A stretch of 64,000 nucleotides of DNA from a bacterium (lineage in GTDB: Bacteria; SAR324; NAC60-12): contig CBDBHR010000030.1 of the NCBI GenBank assembly GCA_965205865.1, forward strand, positions 672,001 through 736,000. Reading direction: 5' to 3'. Each line of letters starts with the position of its first letter. The first letter of the stretch is position 1. Positions 48,620-59,375 of this stretch are shown piece by piece. The notes under the pieces are model-generated. The model had not been told where the DNA came from, did no database searches, and saw only the letters and a program-made list of their open reading frames with translations. A program made the position numbers and the translations under genes.

Positions 48620-49060
48620 TCAGATATCTGACTTCGCGGCGTTTGAGTCAGAATCCAAGAATCGTGGAAGAAGCTGGTATCCATAGTCCTCTGGTATAAA
48701 GCTCTGATGTCTTTCCTTCAGGTTTCCCCAGTAATGACCACTTTTTCCGCGACGATGGTGTTTACCTCTTCCTTTCCCAAAATCGTTTCGCGTTTCTTCC
48801 AACTGCTTCAACTGCTCTTCGTTGAGTACCGCTTTAAATTGTTCGCGGGTCTCATTTTGCAGTGCGCGCATCTGCTTTTGCAACGCTGCTTGTTTCTCGT
48901 CTGATTCCTCAATAATTTTACGCAAACTTTCTTTCTGCTCTTCACTGAGTTCCAGCCGCTCTTGCAGCCGGTCCAAATAGCCGTCAATAGAATGAGCGGC
49001 AACCACGGCACCCAGCAACAAACTGATACCGATCACACTTCCAACAATAACTTTTTTCAT
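48620..49060 (-). CDS. Spy/CpxP-like periplasmic protein
   Basis: Signal peptide, LELSEEQ and VLNEEQ (LTxxQ-type) motifs, upstream of cpxRA-like pair. Confidence 0.65.
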   Translation of the reverse strand: MKKVIVGSVIGISLLLGAVVAAHSIDGYLDRLQERLELSEEQKESLRKIIEESDEKQAALQKQMRALQNETREQFKAVLNEEQLKQLEETRNDFGKGRGKHHRRGKSGHYWGNLKERHQSFIPEDYGYQLLPRFLDSDSNAAKSDI

Positions 49061-49161
49061 AATGTCCTCATTTCAATTTGGTTCAACAAATCGGATGCCG
49101 TCCTTCGACATCCTCTGAAGTCATTATACGTAATCCAATGTTTTTTGAGGGTCAACGGCGT

Positions 49162-49177
49162 GTAAATGTTTTGTAAA
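49162..49177. promoter_or_regulatory. Candidate CpxR-type direct repeat GTAAA-N6-GTAAA
   Basis: Upstream of a minus-strand TATAAT (49123-49128) preceding the Spy/CpxP-like gene. Confidence 0.45.
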
Positions 49178-49546
49178 TTATTTCGATCTGCATCCATCAT
49201 CAATTTCTGATTGAAAGTTGCCTTTGTCATCGTCTGTAAAACCAAAAACACGGAACAAGTCCAAGTCTCCGGTATTTCGGCAACGGCGCATGTGAAAGAG
49301 CAATTGGAGTTCGCTCGATAATTATGGAAGGATCTCCAGTTCCAGTTTTGCAAGCAGAGGAGAAGGGTTGCTATTCTGAATTGCGCATGCCTTACTGAGG
49401 GCACGGGGTAGCAAGCCGTAGATATAATGTTCTGCCGTACGTACTTTGTTCCAAAAAAATGGCTTCCGGGTTGTTCTCGAGTAACGATGCGTCGCTTTGC
49501 CGGCGCCCAGTTTTCGCGTTTTCTTGGAAATCGATGGATTGATCAC

Positions 49547-50557
49547 TCAATGGGTTAATTCTTCCTTTAAAATCTCAGGTACCCCTTGGGCATCCTGAAG
49601 ATTGGCATAGTACAAATTTGCCCAATGCAATCGAGCGCCTTTCAGATTGGCGCCTTTCAGGTTCGCGCCTTTCAAGTTGGCGCCTTCCAGGTTGGCGCCT
49701 TCCAGGTTGCTGTCTTCCAAATCCACATACTCTAAGTTGGCCTCTGAAAAACTGCCATTGCTCAAATCCAGTCCATACAAATCCGCTCCGGAAAGATCCA
49801 CTCCATCGAGCTGACGAAATCCTTGACGAATAGAAGCTTCCAAACGGAGCATGGAATGCACTCCTTCTTCGTCCAACCCCCGGACCACCCATGCCGGGAG
49901 ATCTTTTGTCTTTTGCAAGCGCGCCCCTTCCAAATTGGCCCATTTCAAAGGGTTATTTTTAAAATACGCCCCGATGAGGTTGGCATTTCCCAAATTGGTC
50001 TGATTCAGTTTAGTCATCTCCAGATTAGCGAAAGCTAAATTTGCGGAGTTCAAATTCGCCCGACTCAAATCGGCTTCCCTTAGGTCCGACTTGCTCAAAT
50101 CAGCATTTCGCAAGTCGGCCCCATACAAAAAGGCTTGAAACAAATGACTTTCCGTAAGAATCGCTTTTCTCAGGTTGGCAGCAAGGAATTTGCTTTCACG
50201 CATACGCGCTTTCTGCAATTTGGCGCCTTCCAAATCGGCACCGTCCAGGATGGTGTTTTCCAAATTGGCAGCAATCAAAATCGCACCTTTCAAATTCGCT
50301 CCTTTGAGTTGGGCGCCTTGCAAATTGGCTTTTTGTAAATTGGTTTTACTCAAATTGATGCGATTGAGCACCATATTCTTCAAAGAAACCCCCCTCAGAT
50401 CCAAACCCCTCAGTTTGTTGCGGGAAAATTGGCAATGGGTAAGATCGGTATGGGGTTTAGGTGCTTGACATTGACCCTTTGGGAGATCTTGCGCAGGGGA
50501 TTCGTGGAATCCCCCAAGCCAGGAGAAGACCAGTATGAGACTAAAGAGCACCCGCAT
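49547..50557 (-). CDS. Exported pentapeptide-repeat protein
   Basis: Extensive A(N/D)LxxA repeats, signal peptide. Confidence 0.9.
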   Translation of the reverse strand: MRVLFSLILVFSWLGGFHESPAQDLPKGQCQAPKPHTDLTHCQFSRNKLRGLDLRGVSLKNMVLNRINLSKTNLQKANLQGAQLKGANLKGAILIAANLENTILDGADLEGAKLQKARMRESKFLAANLRKAILTESHLFQAFLYGADLRNADLSKSDLREADLSRANLNSANLAFANLEMTKLNQTNLGNANLIGAYFKNNPLKWANLEGARLQKTKDLPAWVVRGLDEEGVHSMLRLEASIRQGFRQLDGVDLSGADLYGLDLSNGSFSEANLEYVDLEDSNLEGANLEGANLKGANLKGANLKGARLHWANLYYANLQDAQGVPEILKEELTH

Positions 50558-50601
50558 GGCAACAGCTCAAAGAAGTGAGTGTTTGCTGGGGAGAGGGAAA
50601 A

Positions 50602-51831
50602 TTAAAGTTTCTTAAACAAAAGGGAAGCATTGGTGCCGCCAAAACCAAAAGAGTTCGATAATGCGATCTTGAGCTTGCGTTCCTTTCCTTGATTTGGTGT
50701 CACATCCAGATCGCACTCAGGGTCCAAATTGTCAATGTTGATGGTTGGAGGCACAAAATCATGCTGGAGCGCTTTCACGGTAACCACCGCTTCCACTGCT
50801 CCGGCCGCTCCCAAAAGATGTCCCATCATGGATTTGGTCGCACTGATCGAAATTTGTTTGGCATGATCTCCTAAAACAGATTTGATGGCCTGCAATTCAT
50901 TAATATCCCCTGCAGGGGTGGAGGTGGCATGGGCATTGACATAATCGACATCCTCCGCATTGATCGCAGCATCCTTCAAGACCATTTTCATAGCACGCGC
51001 CGGTCCTTCCACAGACGGGGCCGTGATATGGAAGGAGTCGGAACTGAAACCGTATCCAACCAACTCGCAATAAATACGGGCATCCCGCTTTTTTGCAAAT
51101 TCCAGATCTTCAAGAATGAGAATGCCGGATCCTTCGGAAAAAACGAAACCATCCCGTTCCTGGTCATACGGCCTGCTGGCCCGTTCAGGTTCATCATTAC
51201 GCGTACTGAGAGCTCGCATGGCAGCAAATCCACCAATGCACAATTTTGTGACGGAGGCTTCTGTTCCTCCTACAATCATCGCTTTGGCATCACCACGTTC
51301 GATCATGCGGGCAGCATCCCCGATAGAATGATTCGAAGAGGCACAAGCCGAAACCGTCGATGTGTTATAATTTTTTGTGCCAAAAATCAGGGAAATCTGC
51401 CCAGCCACCATATTTGCCAGCACCATTGGAATGAAGAAAGGAGAAATCCTATCAGGTCCTTTTTCCTTCATGAGCAACAGATTTTTTTCAATCATCGGTT
51501 GTCCACCGATCCCAACTCCTATGGAAGCGCCAATGTCATACTGCAAATCCTCCGTGATTTCCAAGTTCGCGTCCTGCAATGCTTCTTGGGCTGCGGCAAT
51601 GGCATAATGGATGAAGGTGTCCATTTTTTTGACTTCTTTGGGAGGAATGACGGAGGGGATCTCAAAATCATGGACTTCTCCCGCAATCTGGCTTTTTAAA
51701 TCGGAAGGATCAAATTTTGTGATGCGTCCCGTACCTGAGATTCCGTTGCGGCTGGCTTCCCAGACTGATTCCAGATTGTTTCCGATCGGACAAATAATGC
51801 CTAATCCAGTGACAACAACACGTCTACGCAT
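50602..51831 (-). CDS. fabF: 3-oxoacyl-ACP synthase II
   Basis: RRVVVTGLG, SACASS, NAHATST, KSMMGHLLGAAG, NSFGFGGTN. Confidence 0.97.
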   Translation of the reverse strand: MRRRVVVTGLGIICPIGNNLESVWEASRNGISGTGRITKFDPSDLKSQIAGEVHDFEIPSVIPPKEVKKMDTFIHYAIAAAQEALQDANLEITEDLQYDIGASIGVGIGGQPMIEKNLLLMKEKGPDRISPFFIPMVLANMVAGQISLIFGTKNYNTSTVSACASSNHSIGDAARMIERGDAKAMIVGGTEASVTKLCIGGFAAMRALSTRNDEPERASRPYDQERDGFVFSEGSGILILEDLEFAKKRDARIYCELVGYGFSSDSFHITAPSVEGPARAMKMVLKDAAINAEDVDYVNAHATSTPAGDINELQAIKSVLGDHAKQISISATKSMMGHLLGAAGAVEAVVTVKALQHDFVPPTINIDNLDPECDLDVTPNQGKERKLKIALSNSFGFGGTNASLLFKKL

Positions 51832-51900
51832 GAGAATGATTTATTTAACAAGTGAAAAAATTAGAATAGCCTGTAAAATCAAAGATATGACGGAATTATC

Positions 51901-52137
51901 TCAACCCTCCTGCGCGGCCTGAATATGTTCAATCGCGATTTTAACCGTCGTGATTTTTTCAGCAATTTCATCTGGAATCGTGATGTCGAACTCTTCTTCG
52001 AAAGCCATCACCAATTCAACTGTATCCAGAGAATCTGCCTCCAAATCATCAGCAAAATGTGAATCCGGCGTGATTTCATCTTCATCGATTCCCAACTGCT
52101 CGCTTATAATTTTTTTTACTTCTGCTTCAACATCCAT
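51901..52137 (-). CDS. acpP: Acyl carrier protein
   Basis: [20 protein letters not shown]; start MDVEAE. Confidence 0.95.
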   Translation of the reverse strand: MDVEAEVKKIISEQLGIDEDEITPDSHFADDLEADSLDTVELVMAFEEEFDITIPDEIAEKITTVKIAIEHIQAAQEG

Positions 52138-52399
52138 ATTTTTCATTCCTTTTTTTGAAAACTTAACATTGCGCCCATGGATATACAATTTTTCATTATT
52201 TTCGGGATGAGGGAACGAGGAGGAAAAAACAGAGTGATTCTGCTTTGCAAACCCCCATCCCACATTGATGAAAATCATGGAATGACTTTCTGGTACTATA
52301 TCCTGAATTGGGCGAACTTTGAATAAAAGTCAAACTTTTTTACTGAATTTGGGAGAGAAACCGATGGTTTGTTCAGCCGAGCATTTCCCCAAGGTCCTC

Positions 52400-53137
52400 T
52401 CAATACATTCCTCCATTGACATGCAATGTCGTCCCGGTGATATAGTCTGCCTGATCCGAAACGAGAAAATGAACAGCTCGGGCGATGTCATCAACCGACC
52501 CCATTCGCCCTAAGGGAATTCGCTCCAAAATGGCTTGGGACTGTTTCTCATCCAACTCCCCCGTCATGTCGGTTTCGATGAAACCCGGGGCCACAGTGTT
52601 GCAGGTTATATTACGATTGCCCAGTTCCAGGGCGAGAGATTTACTGAATCCCAGAATTCCGGACTTGGCAGCACTATAATTCACCTGCCCTGGACTTCCG
52701 GTAAATCCAACCACTGAAGTGATATTGACAATACGGCCATAGCGCTGACGAATCATGCCGCGAATGATTGTTTTCGTGACGTTGAACATGCCTGTCAGAT
52801 TTACATCCAATACTTCGTCCCAATCGCTCCGTTTCATCCGTAAAAACAAGATATCGCGGGTGATGCCTGCATTGTTGACCAAAATATCGATTTTGGGAAA
52901 AGATTCTTGGGCAATACGGAGCATTTCTTCCACCGCCTTCAGATCAGACACATTCACTTGAAATGCCAGGCAGCGTCGCCCGGTGGCTTCAATCGCCGCC
53001 TGGGTTTGATCTGAATATATTTTGTTGCGATTTGTAAAAATAATATCGGCACCTGCCTTTGCGAGAAAAATTGCAACGGCTTGGCCAATACCCCGCCCTG
53101 CTCCCGTGACCAAGGCAACACGATTCTCTAAACTCAT
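52400..53137 (-). CDS. fabG: 3-oxoacyl-ACP reductase
   Basis: TGAGRGIG, NNAGITRD, YSAAK, PGFIETDMT, VNGGMY. Confidence 0.95.
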   Translation of the reverse strand: MSLENRVALVTGAGRGIGQAVAIFLAKAGADIIFTNRNKIYSDQTQAAIEATGRRCLAFQVNVSDLKAVEEMLRIAQESFPKIDILVNNAGITRDILFLRMKRSDWDEVLDVNLTGMFNVTKTIIRGMIRQRYGRIVNITSVVGFTGSPGQVNYSAAKSGILGFSKSLALELGNRNITCNTVAPGFIETDMTGELDEKQSQAILERIPLGRMGSVDDIARAVHFLVSDQADYITGTTLHVNGGMY

Positions 53138-53193
53138 GGACCTCCCTCTGTCGCTTCGAACCCTGAAAGGCGTCCCGGATTTATCCTAACCAA

Positions 53194-54453
53194 TCAACGC
53201 ACTTTGAAATACAAAATGATGGTAAACACAAAAAGCCAGATGGATTTCAAATGCATCAACCAAATCACTTTGCTGTGGATATCTTGCGGATTGAGCAATT
53301 TTTCTTCTTCCGGTATGGAACGAAGTCCAAACTTTTGTAGAAAGAGCAACCATACCGACTCCACTTCAGGCTTTTGCTCCGAATAGGTCCAAAGCTGCTG
53401 CAAATGATGGTGGTATGGGGAGCGCAGAAAAAAACGGTAACGCTCCGCCATAAAACGACCTTTCCACCATAGCATGCATTTGAAGAATAGACGTTGAATG
53501 ATGGTGGAAAGAACGGAAAAGACAAAAATTCCACCCACAATGGGAAGAAAAAGTTCTGCCTTGACGAAGATAAACATGGTAGAAATGATACTACCCAAGG
53601 CCAGCGCTCCCAAATCTCCCATATATATCAAAGCAGGTGGCGCATTGTAACGTAAAAAAGTAAAACCGGCACCGATGATCCCCATAGCCAGGACACTTAA
53701 TTCTTTGATATCCGGAGACAAGAGGGGAATCTTCAATCGGGTAGCCCATTCCGCTTCTCCTCCAATATAAGCCACGGAGGCCACAAAAAGCGAACACGTC
53801 ATCAGCGGCATGGTGGCCAGAGAATCCATACCATCGGTCAAATTGACCGCATTGGCGCCTCCCACGATGATCAAGAGCATGAAGGGAATAAAAAGGTATT
53901 TGGGCAAATACGGATACCAATCTTTCAAGGGTACAAAGGGCACTACCAGATGTCCGTCAATGTCGACGTGGAGATAAAGTGCGAGTACTACAATCAAGGC
54001 AACTGCAAACTCAGTAAGCAATCGATTTCGCCCGCTGATGCCATCAGCTTTGTTGCTGTACCAGTTCCTTTTTTCCTCTCCGGATTCAATTCTTCGTTTA
54101 TGAATCACCTTGGCTACATCGTCAAGCGCACCAATCATGCCAAAGGCTATCATGATGATCAACAGAGCAATAATATACTGATTCAGATTGCACCATAGCA
54201 AGACAGAAACCAGAATTGCCAAAATCAAAACACCTCCCCCCATGATTGGAGTCGCACCTGCATAAGGTCGTCCTCTCGTTGAAGCGGTAAGGGTTAAATC
54301 GGAAGTGATCCCTTTTTCCCGGAACAATCGAATGATTTTTGGCATCAACAGGACAATGACTGCGTATGTGGTGAGGAAAGTCATCCCTCCCCGAAACAGA
54401 ACGGACTTGAAAATCTGATAGTGCCAGATTGAATAAAGAACTGCGGCAAACAT
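53194..54453 (-). CDS. mraY: Phospho-N-acetylmuramoyl-pentapeptide transferase (divergent)
   Basis: TPIMGG, GALDD, NAVNLTDGMDSL, YNAPPA.IYMGDLG, SPYHHH. Confidence 0.85.
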   Translation of the reverse strand: MFAAVLYSIWHYQIFKSVLFRGGMTFLTTYAVIVLLMPKIIRLFREKGITSDLTLTASTRGRPYAGATPIMGGGVLILAILVSVLLWCNLNQYIIALLIIMIAFGMIGALDDVAKVIHKRRIESGEEKRNWYSNKADGISGRNRLLTEFAVALIVVLALYLHVDIDGHLVVPFVPLKDWYPYLPKYLFIPFMLLIIVGGANAVNLTDGMDSLATMPLMTCSLFVASVAYIGGEAEWATRLKIPLLSPDIKELSVLAMGIIGAGFTFLRYNAPPALIYMGDLGALALGSIISTMFIFVKAELFLPIVGGIFVFSVLSTIIQRLFFKCMLWWKGRFMAERYRFFLRSPYHHHLQQLWTYSEQKPEVESVWLLFLQKFGLRSIPEEEKLLNPQDIHSKVIWLMHLKSIWLFVFTIILYFKVR

Positions 54454-54598
54454 AAAGGATTATCAGCAGCAAAACTCCGGTGGTCTCGAAGTCCAGTGAG
54501 TTTTATGAGAAGATGGATGGCGGAGAGAATGACATATGGAAAGGCAGACCCCCGTTGAAATGCAAGGACGGTTTGCCAGGACTCAGCCGTTCACTTCC

Positions 54599-55168
54599 CT
54601 AAATCGTCATGAGTTCGGTCTCTTTCTTTTTTGTCAATTCGGTGACTTTGTCAATGTGCTCATTCGTTTTTTTCTGAATGGTGTCCAGGGTCGATTTTTC
54701 TTCGTCTTGGGAAATGTGTTTATTTTTTTGCAATTTTTTTATGTTTTCGTTTGCCTCACGGCGGACATTCCGCAACGCAATCTTGCAGTCTTCTCCCATC
54801 TTTTTCACCTTTTTAGCCAATTCTTTGCGTCGCTCTTCCGTAAGAACGGGCAAAACTGCCCGGATGATGTTTCCGTCTTGAGAGATCATCAATCCCAAAT
54901 TGGCCCGTTGGATCTCACGTTCCATATCTTTGATGATATTCTTATCCCAAGGATTGATCACCAGCAATTGAGGTTCGGGGGTTGAAATCGTTCCGACCCG
55001 AGACAGGGGAGTGGGCGTGCCATAGTAGTCGATTTTAATAGCATCCAGGATGGCAGGAGTAGCCCGCCCCGTACGTACTGTGATAAAATCTTTTTTCAAG
55101 TTTTCAATCGTGTTGTCCATTTTATAGTCCATAGTTTCCAAGACTTCTTCAGTGGTTTCAGCACTCAT
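54599..55168 (-). CDS. frr: Ribosome recycling factor
   Basis: VRTGRATP, DYYG, LTEERRKEL, RNVRR. Confidence 0.97.
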   Translation of the reverse strand: MSAETTEEVLETMDYKMDNTIENLKKDFITVRTGRATPAILDAIKIDYYGTPTPLSRVGTISTPEPQLLVINPWDKNIIKDMEREIQRANLGLMISQDGNIIRAVLPVLTEERRKELAKKVKKMGEDCKIALRNVRREANENIKKLQKNKHISQDEEKSTLDTIQKKTNEHIDKVTELTKKKETELMTI

Positions 55169-55899
55169 AATCCATCTCCATCAATGATCGTTCCAACATC
55201 ATTACCACAAATGGCATTCACAATGGAATTTTCGGTGCCAATGTTGACAACAATAATCGGAAGGTTATTATCTTTACAAAATGCAATAGCCGTCGCATCC
55301 ATGACTTTCAAATTTTTTTCCAGGACTGTCTCATAAGAGAGTTGATGATAGCGCACAGCATCGCTGTGAATTTCCGGATCTTTATCATAAACCCCATCGA
55401 TTTTAGTGGCTTTTATGACGACATCCGCCCCAATTTCAGAGGCTCTCAAGGCAGCAGTCGTATCGGTTGTAAAAAAGGGATTTCCGGTTCCTCCGGCAAA
55501 GATGACAATCCGTCCTTTCTGCAAGTGTCTGTCCGCACGGCGTTTGATGTAAGGTTCGGCGAACGCATGCATTTCAATGGCCGACATCACTCGGGTTTGG
55601 TAACCACGTTGTTCCAGAGCATTTTGCAGACACAGGCCATTGATCACCGTGGCCAGCATTCCCATGTGATCACCTGCCACTCGGTCCATGGCGTACGGTG
55701 AGGACCGGGTGCCGCGAAAAATATTTCCACCACCAACCACGATTCCGATCTCCACTTTCAACTGATAAATAGCAATGATGCTTTCGGCAATACGAGCAAT
55801 GACGTCATAATCAAACACCGTTCCACTCGTGCCTCCAAAGACTTCTCCACTCAGTTTCAATAATATGCGCTTGTATTTTGGTAGCACGCCTTCCTTCAA
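55165..55899 (-). CDS. pyrH: UMP kinase
   Basis: LLKLSGE, GGGNIFRG, DHMGMLATVIN, GNPFFTTD. Confidence 0.97.
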   Translation of the reverse strand: MKEGVLPKYKRILLKLSGEVFGGTSGTVFDYDVIARIAESIIAIYQLKVEIGIVVGGGNIFRGTRSSPYAMDRVAGDHMGMLATVINGLCLQNALEQRGYQTRVMSAIEMHAFAEPYIKRRADRHLQKGRIVIFAGGTGNPFFTTDTTAALRASEIGADVVIKATKIDGVYDKDPEIHSDAVRYHQLSYETVLEKNLKVMDATAIAFCKDNNLPIIVVNIGTENSIVNAICGNDVGTIIDGDGL

Positions 55900-56759
55900 A
55901 ATTGGAACTTGACAAAATCGGTTAAGGCGATGCCCACTCCCACGGTCTTGCTGGTTTCGCTGAGCAATCCCTCAATGGTTTGTTCAGGAATTTTCACAAA
56001 AGGTTGGGAAAGTACACAGATTTCTTTTTTGAATTTCCTCATTCTGCCTGCAATCATTTGCTCGATAATATTTTCAGGTCTGCCCGAATCCCGTGCTTGA
56101 GCAACAAATATTTCTTTTTCCTTTTCAAGCACTTCTGCGGGAATTTGATCTTCGCTGATCGCTTCTGCCTGAGAGGCGGCAATATGCATGGAGATGTCTT
56201 TCGCCAAAGGATCCAAAAGCGTGTGTTCAACAGGTTGTTCTGTTTTTAAAGCAACGAGGACTCCGATTTTTCCCGTCATATGGACATATCCTCCCACCAC
56301 TCCAAAATCAACCTGCAAGGCTTTTGCTTCCAAAAATTGTATATTTTCTCCCAGTTCTCCTATAAATCGCATGAGCATGTCTTGCACCGTGCCCTCGAGA
56401 TCTGCCTGCTGCTGAAAAGGTTGGTTCATGAAATCTGCCACTCCATGCGTAATGGCTTGCTCTGCCAATTGGCCCAACAGACTGCGGAATTTTTCATTTT
56501 TTGCCACAAAATCCGTCTCACATGCGATTTTGACCAAGGCTGCCTTCTTTTTGTCGCTGGCAATGGCAATCCCCACACCACCTTCCCGGGTTTCCCGCGA
56601 TGATTTTTTAAGAGCTTTGACTTGGCCTGTTTTACGCAGTAGTTCTTTAGCAGCATCCATATCCCCTTGTGTTTCCACCAGGGCTTTTTTGCACTCCATC
56701 ATCCCGACACCACTGATTTCGCGCAATTCTTTGACCATACTCGCAGTAATTTGTGTCAT
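55896..56759 (-). CDS. tsf: Elongation factor Ts
   Basis: VKELRE.SGVGMMECKKAL, CETDFVA. Confidence 0.97.
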   Translation of the reverse strand: MTQITASMVKELREISGVGMMECKKALVETQGDMDAAKELLRKTGQVKALKKSSRETREGGVGIAIASDKKKAALVKIACETDFVAKNEKFRSLLGQLAEQAITHGVADFMNQPFQQQADLEGTVQDMLMRFIGELGENIQFLEAKALQVDFGVVGGYVHMTGKIGVLVALKTEQPVEHTLLDPLAKDISMHIAASQAEAISEDQIPAEVLEKEKEIFVAQARDSGRPENIIEQMIAGRMRKFKKEICVLSQPFVKIPEQTIEGLLSETSKTVGVGIALTDFVKFQF

Positions 56760-56804
56760 AGAAATATCTTTTTCTTAGTTTGAATTGTTTAAATTGATGA
56801 TTTT

Positions 56805-57677
56805 TTAGACCCTGTCTTCTTCACGCGGCTCCGAATCGATATTATCAGCTTTGCCGTCCTCATGAGCCTCCTCGGATTCTGGTGACTCCTGATCTTCTTC
56901 CTTAACGGCTACAACCGCTTTCTGCAATTGCTCTTCTGCAATGGATTCTTCCGGTTGCGGCGTCATAGATTCTTGCTGAAGACGTTGGACCCGCTTCACC
57001 TTTCCTTCCTGTACTGCCGTTGCAATGACATTCGCATAGAGCTTTATGGCACGAGGGGCGTCATCGTTACCAGGAATAGGAAAGTCAATACCTTCGGGGT
57101 TGCAATTGGTATCGACAATCGCAATTATGGGAATATCGAGTTTTCGGGCTTCTTTCAGAGCAATATGCTCCTTGATGCAATCCACAATAAAAATAGCGCC
57201 GGGCAATTGTTGCATTTCTTTGACGCCCCCCAAGGATCGTTCGAGTTTCTGGCGTTTTCTCTCAATTTGCAACGCTTCTTTTTTGATCATTCCAGGATAC
57301 GCTCCTTCCGGACCGGCTAACTCTTCATAATTCTTCATGCGGGCAACCGACTTGCGAATTGTTTCAAAATTCGTCAGCAAGCCGCCCAGCCAACGCTCGT
57401 TGATGAAAAAGCTACCACTGCGCTGCGCCTCTTCCCCCAGGATGTCCCGGGCTTGGTCTTTTGTTCCGACAAACAAAATCGATTTTCCCCCTTCTGCCAA
57501 TTGACGGGTGTATTCATAAGCGATTTTGAGTTTGCGAAGCGTCTGTCTCAGGTCGATGATATGAATGCCATGTTTGGCTCCGTAGATATACGGTTCCATC
57601 TTAGGGTTCCAACGGCTGGTTTGATGCCCAAAATGAACACCGGCTTCGATAAATTGTTTTAACGAGACAACTGCCAT
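56805..57677 (-). CDS. rpsB: 30S ribosomal protein S2
   Basis: EAGVHFGHQTSRWNPKM, RWLGGLLTN, PGNDDA; acidic tail. Confidence 0.97.
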   Translation of the reverse strand: MAVVSLKQFIEAGVHFGHQTSRWNPKMEPYIYGAKHGIHIIDLRQTLRKLKIAYEYTRQLAEGGKSILFVGTKDQARDILGEEAQRSGSFFINERWLGGLLTNFETIRKSVARMKNYEELAGPEGAYPGMIKKEALQIERKRQKLERSLGGVKEMQQLPGAIFIVDCIKEHIALKEARKLDIPIIAIVDTNCNPEGIDFPIPGNDDAPRAIKLYANVIATAVQEGKVKRVQRLQQESMTPQPEESIAEEQLQKAVVAVKEEDQESPESEEAHEDGKADNIDSEPREEDRV

Positions 57678-58092
57678 ATTTTTATCTCCATGTAAATGGC
57701 GCAAAAAAGGATTCCTTAAGGCAGGAACACTTTATAAGGTTCCACTGCTTCAAAAGGGTGGAAACCAAGAGCGTTTCTTAATGCGCTTAAACGTCGTATA
57801 GTAGGAACTATCAACAAAGAAAATCTTATCTATTTAGAAGATCTGCGTAGTTATTGCAAGCTTTTTCTCGATGTCGGGAATTGTCAGAGTGGGATAGTGA
57901 TGTCTGTGCGTTTGCGCAAAATTAAATTTTTTTTTGTAGAACAGCCGATATCCGACATTTTAAATGAGACTGGGAAACAGTTGCTTGACTTTCTTCTTTC
58001 CACTCTGGATCTATCTGATAATATTGCTATACTGATATCAAAATGGATTCCTCGAGGGAAAAGAATAAATCGATTAAAAAAAGGAAACTGTC

Positions 58093-58599
58093 ATGGGCAT
58101 GAAACGGATCGCTATTTATCCCATCAGCGCAAATCCACCGACCTGGGGACATGGAGATATTCTGCAACGCGCTGCCAAACAATTTGATCACGTTTATTGG
58201 GCTGCTGCCGTCAATGTTCAGAAAAAATATCTCTTTTCTCCCGAAGAGCGTGTGCAAATGATGGAAGAGTATGTCAAGCATTATCAATTAGACAACGTTA
58301 CGGTAGAGGCTTATAGGGGCAGCACCGTCCGCTATGCAGAAAAGAGAAAAGCCCGGGTTATCATCAAAGGTTTGCGGAATTTTACCGATTTCCATGGAGA
58401 ATTGGAACAGTCGATGGGCAATCTGGGAATCGACAATTCTATTGAAACCTTTTGTATGTTTTCCCACCCGCATCTGTCGGCATTGAGTTCAAGCCTGGTT
58501 AGAGAATTATCCTTTTTGGGAGAGAATATTGACTCCTATGTTCCCAGCTCCGTGGCCCGAATGGTTGCTGAAATTTTATCCCGACAAAATTCTTATTGA
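58093..58599 (+). CDS. coaD: Pantetheine-phosphate adenylyltransferase
   Basis: AIYP..NPPTWGH, IKGLR, LSSSLVRE. Confidence 0.88.
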   Translation: MGMKRIAIYPISANPPTWGHGDILQRAAKQFDHVYWAAAVNVQKKYLFSPEERVQMMEEYVKHYQLDNVTVEAYRGSTVRYAEKRKARVIIKGLRNFTDFHGELEQSMGNLGIDNSIETFCMFSHPHLSALSSSLVRELSFLGENIDSYVPSSVARMVAEILSRQNSY

Positions 58600-58642
58600 C
58601 GATTCTTTTCTTTAAAAAACAAAAATCGGACTGCCTTCTGCA

Positions 58643-59362
58643 ATGAAATTTCTCAAGTTCTCCTCTCTCAAATATATCATCGCCCCGCCGGTCACGTTGC
58701 TCCTCTTTCTGTCGTTGTTGTCGGCAAGTTTTTATGATCCTACCTTTTTTCATCAATTGTATCCGGTCGCAGGTATTCAAAACTGGTGTGGCATCCCGGG
58801 AGCGTTGTTAGGAGGAACGTTGATTGAGCTCTTCGGTCCTTCTGCTTTATTAGTCCCATGGTTTGTTTTGAAGCTTTCCTTTTCTGCTCAAAACTACCTG
58901 CACCGAATTTCTACTGCATATTATGCCGTCACACTTATGCTCTCGATTTCTGTTGCGCATCATTTGTGGTCACCAGTCTCCCTTACCGAGTTGTCCAACT
59001 CCGGTTTCATAGGTTATCCGGGTTATGCAGGCATACTAGGTGCGCAATGGCTACAAGAAACTCTAGGTTCAGACATAACGAATATTCTGACAGGAGCAAT
59101 TGTGGTTTTTTGCACGGTCAGGCTTTTTGATGAGCTTCCGTTTAAAATGCTTTTTTCCGCAGTCCTGTATATCAGTTTCTCGCTACCATCCTATCTTCTT
59201 CAGCGGTTGTGTCGTCCATTGATTCCAAAAATTTTTTATACATTGACCAGCCACTTTCCCTGGTTAAAACCCCAACTTCCTTTAACGCGGACGCCTTCTC
59301 CTTTCGATCCGGATTCTCCATCTACCAATCCTATGGCAAGTGGGGATGAACAATCTCATTAA
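58643..59362 (+). CDS. Stand-alone FtsK 4TM-like membrane domain protein
   Basis: SFYDP...NWCGIPGALLG..L.ELFG..A and GILG motifs; no P-loop motor. Confidence 0.6.
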   Translation: MKFLKFSSLKYIIAPPVTLLLFLSLLSASFYDPTFFHQLYPVAGIQNWCGIPGALLGGTLIELFGPSALLVPWFVLKLSFSAQNYLHRISTAYYAVTLMLSISVAHHLWSPVSLTELSNSGFIGYPGYAGILGAQWLQETLGSDITNILTGAIVVFCTVRLFDELPFKMLFSAVLYISFSLPSYLLQRLCRPLIPKIFYTLTSHFPWLKPQLPLTRTPSPFDPDSPSTNPMASGDEQSH

Positions 59363-59375
59363 AGACGGAAACTCC

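Noticed and set aside
49057-49546. Small ORFs or ncRNA between the Spy-like and pentapeptide genes
   Set aside because: No recognisable protein or RNA family features
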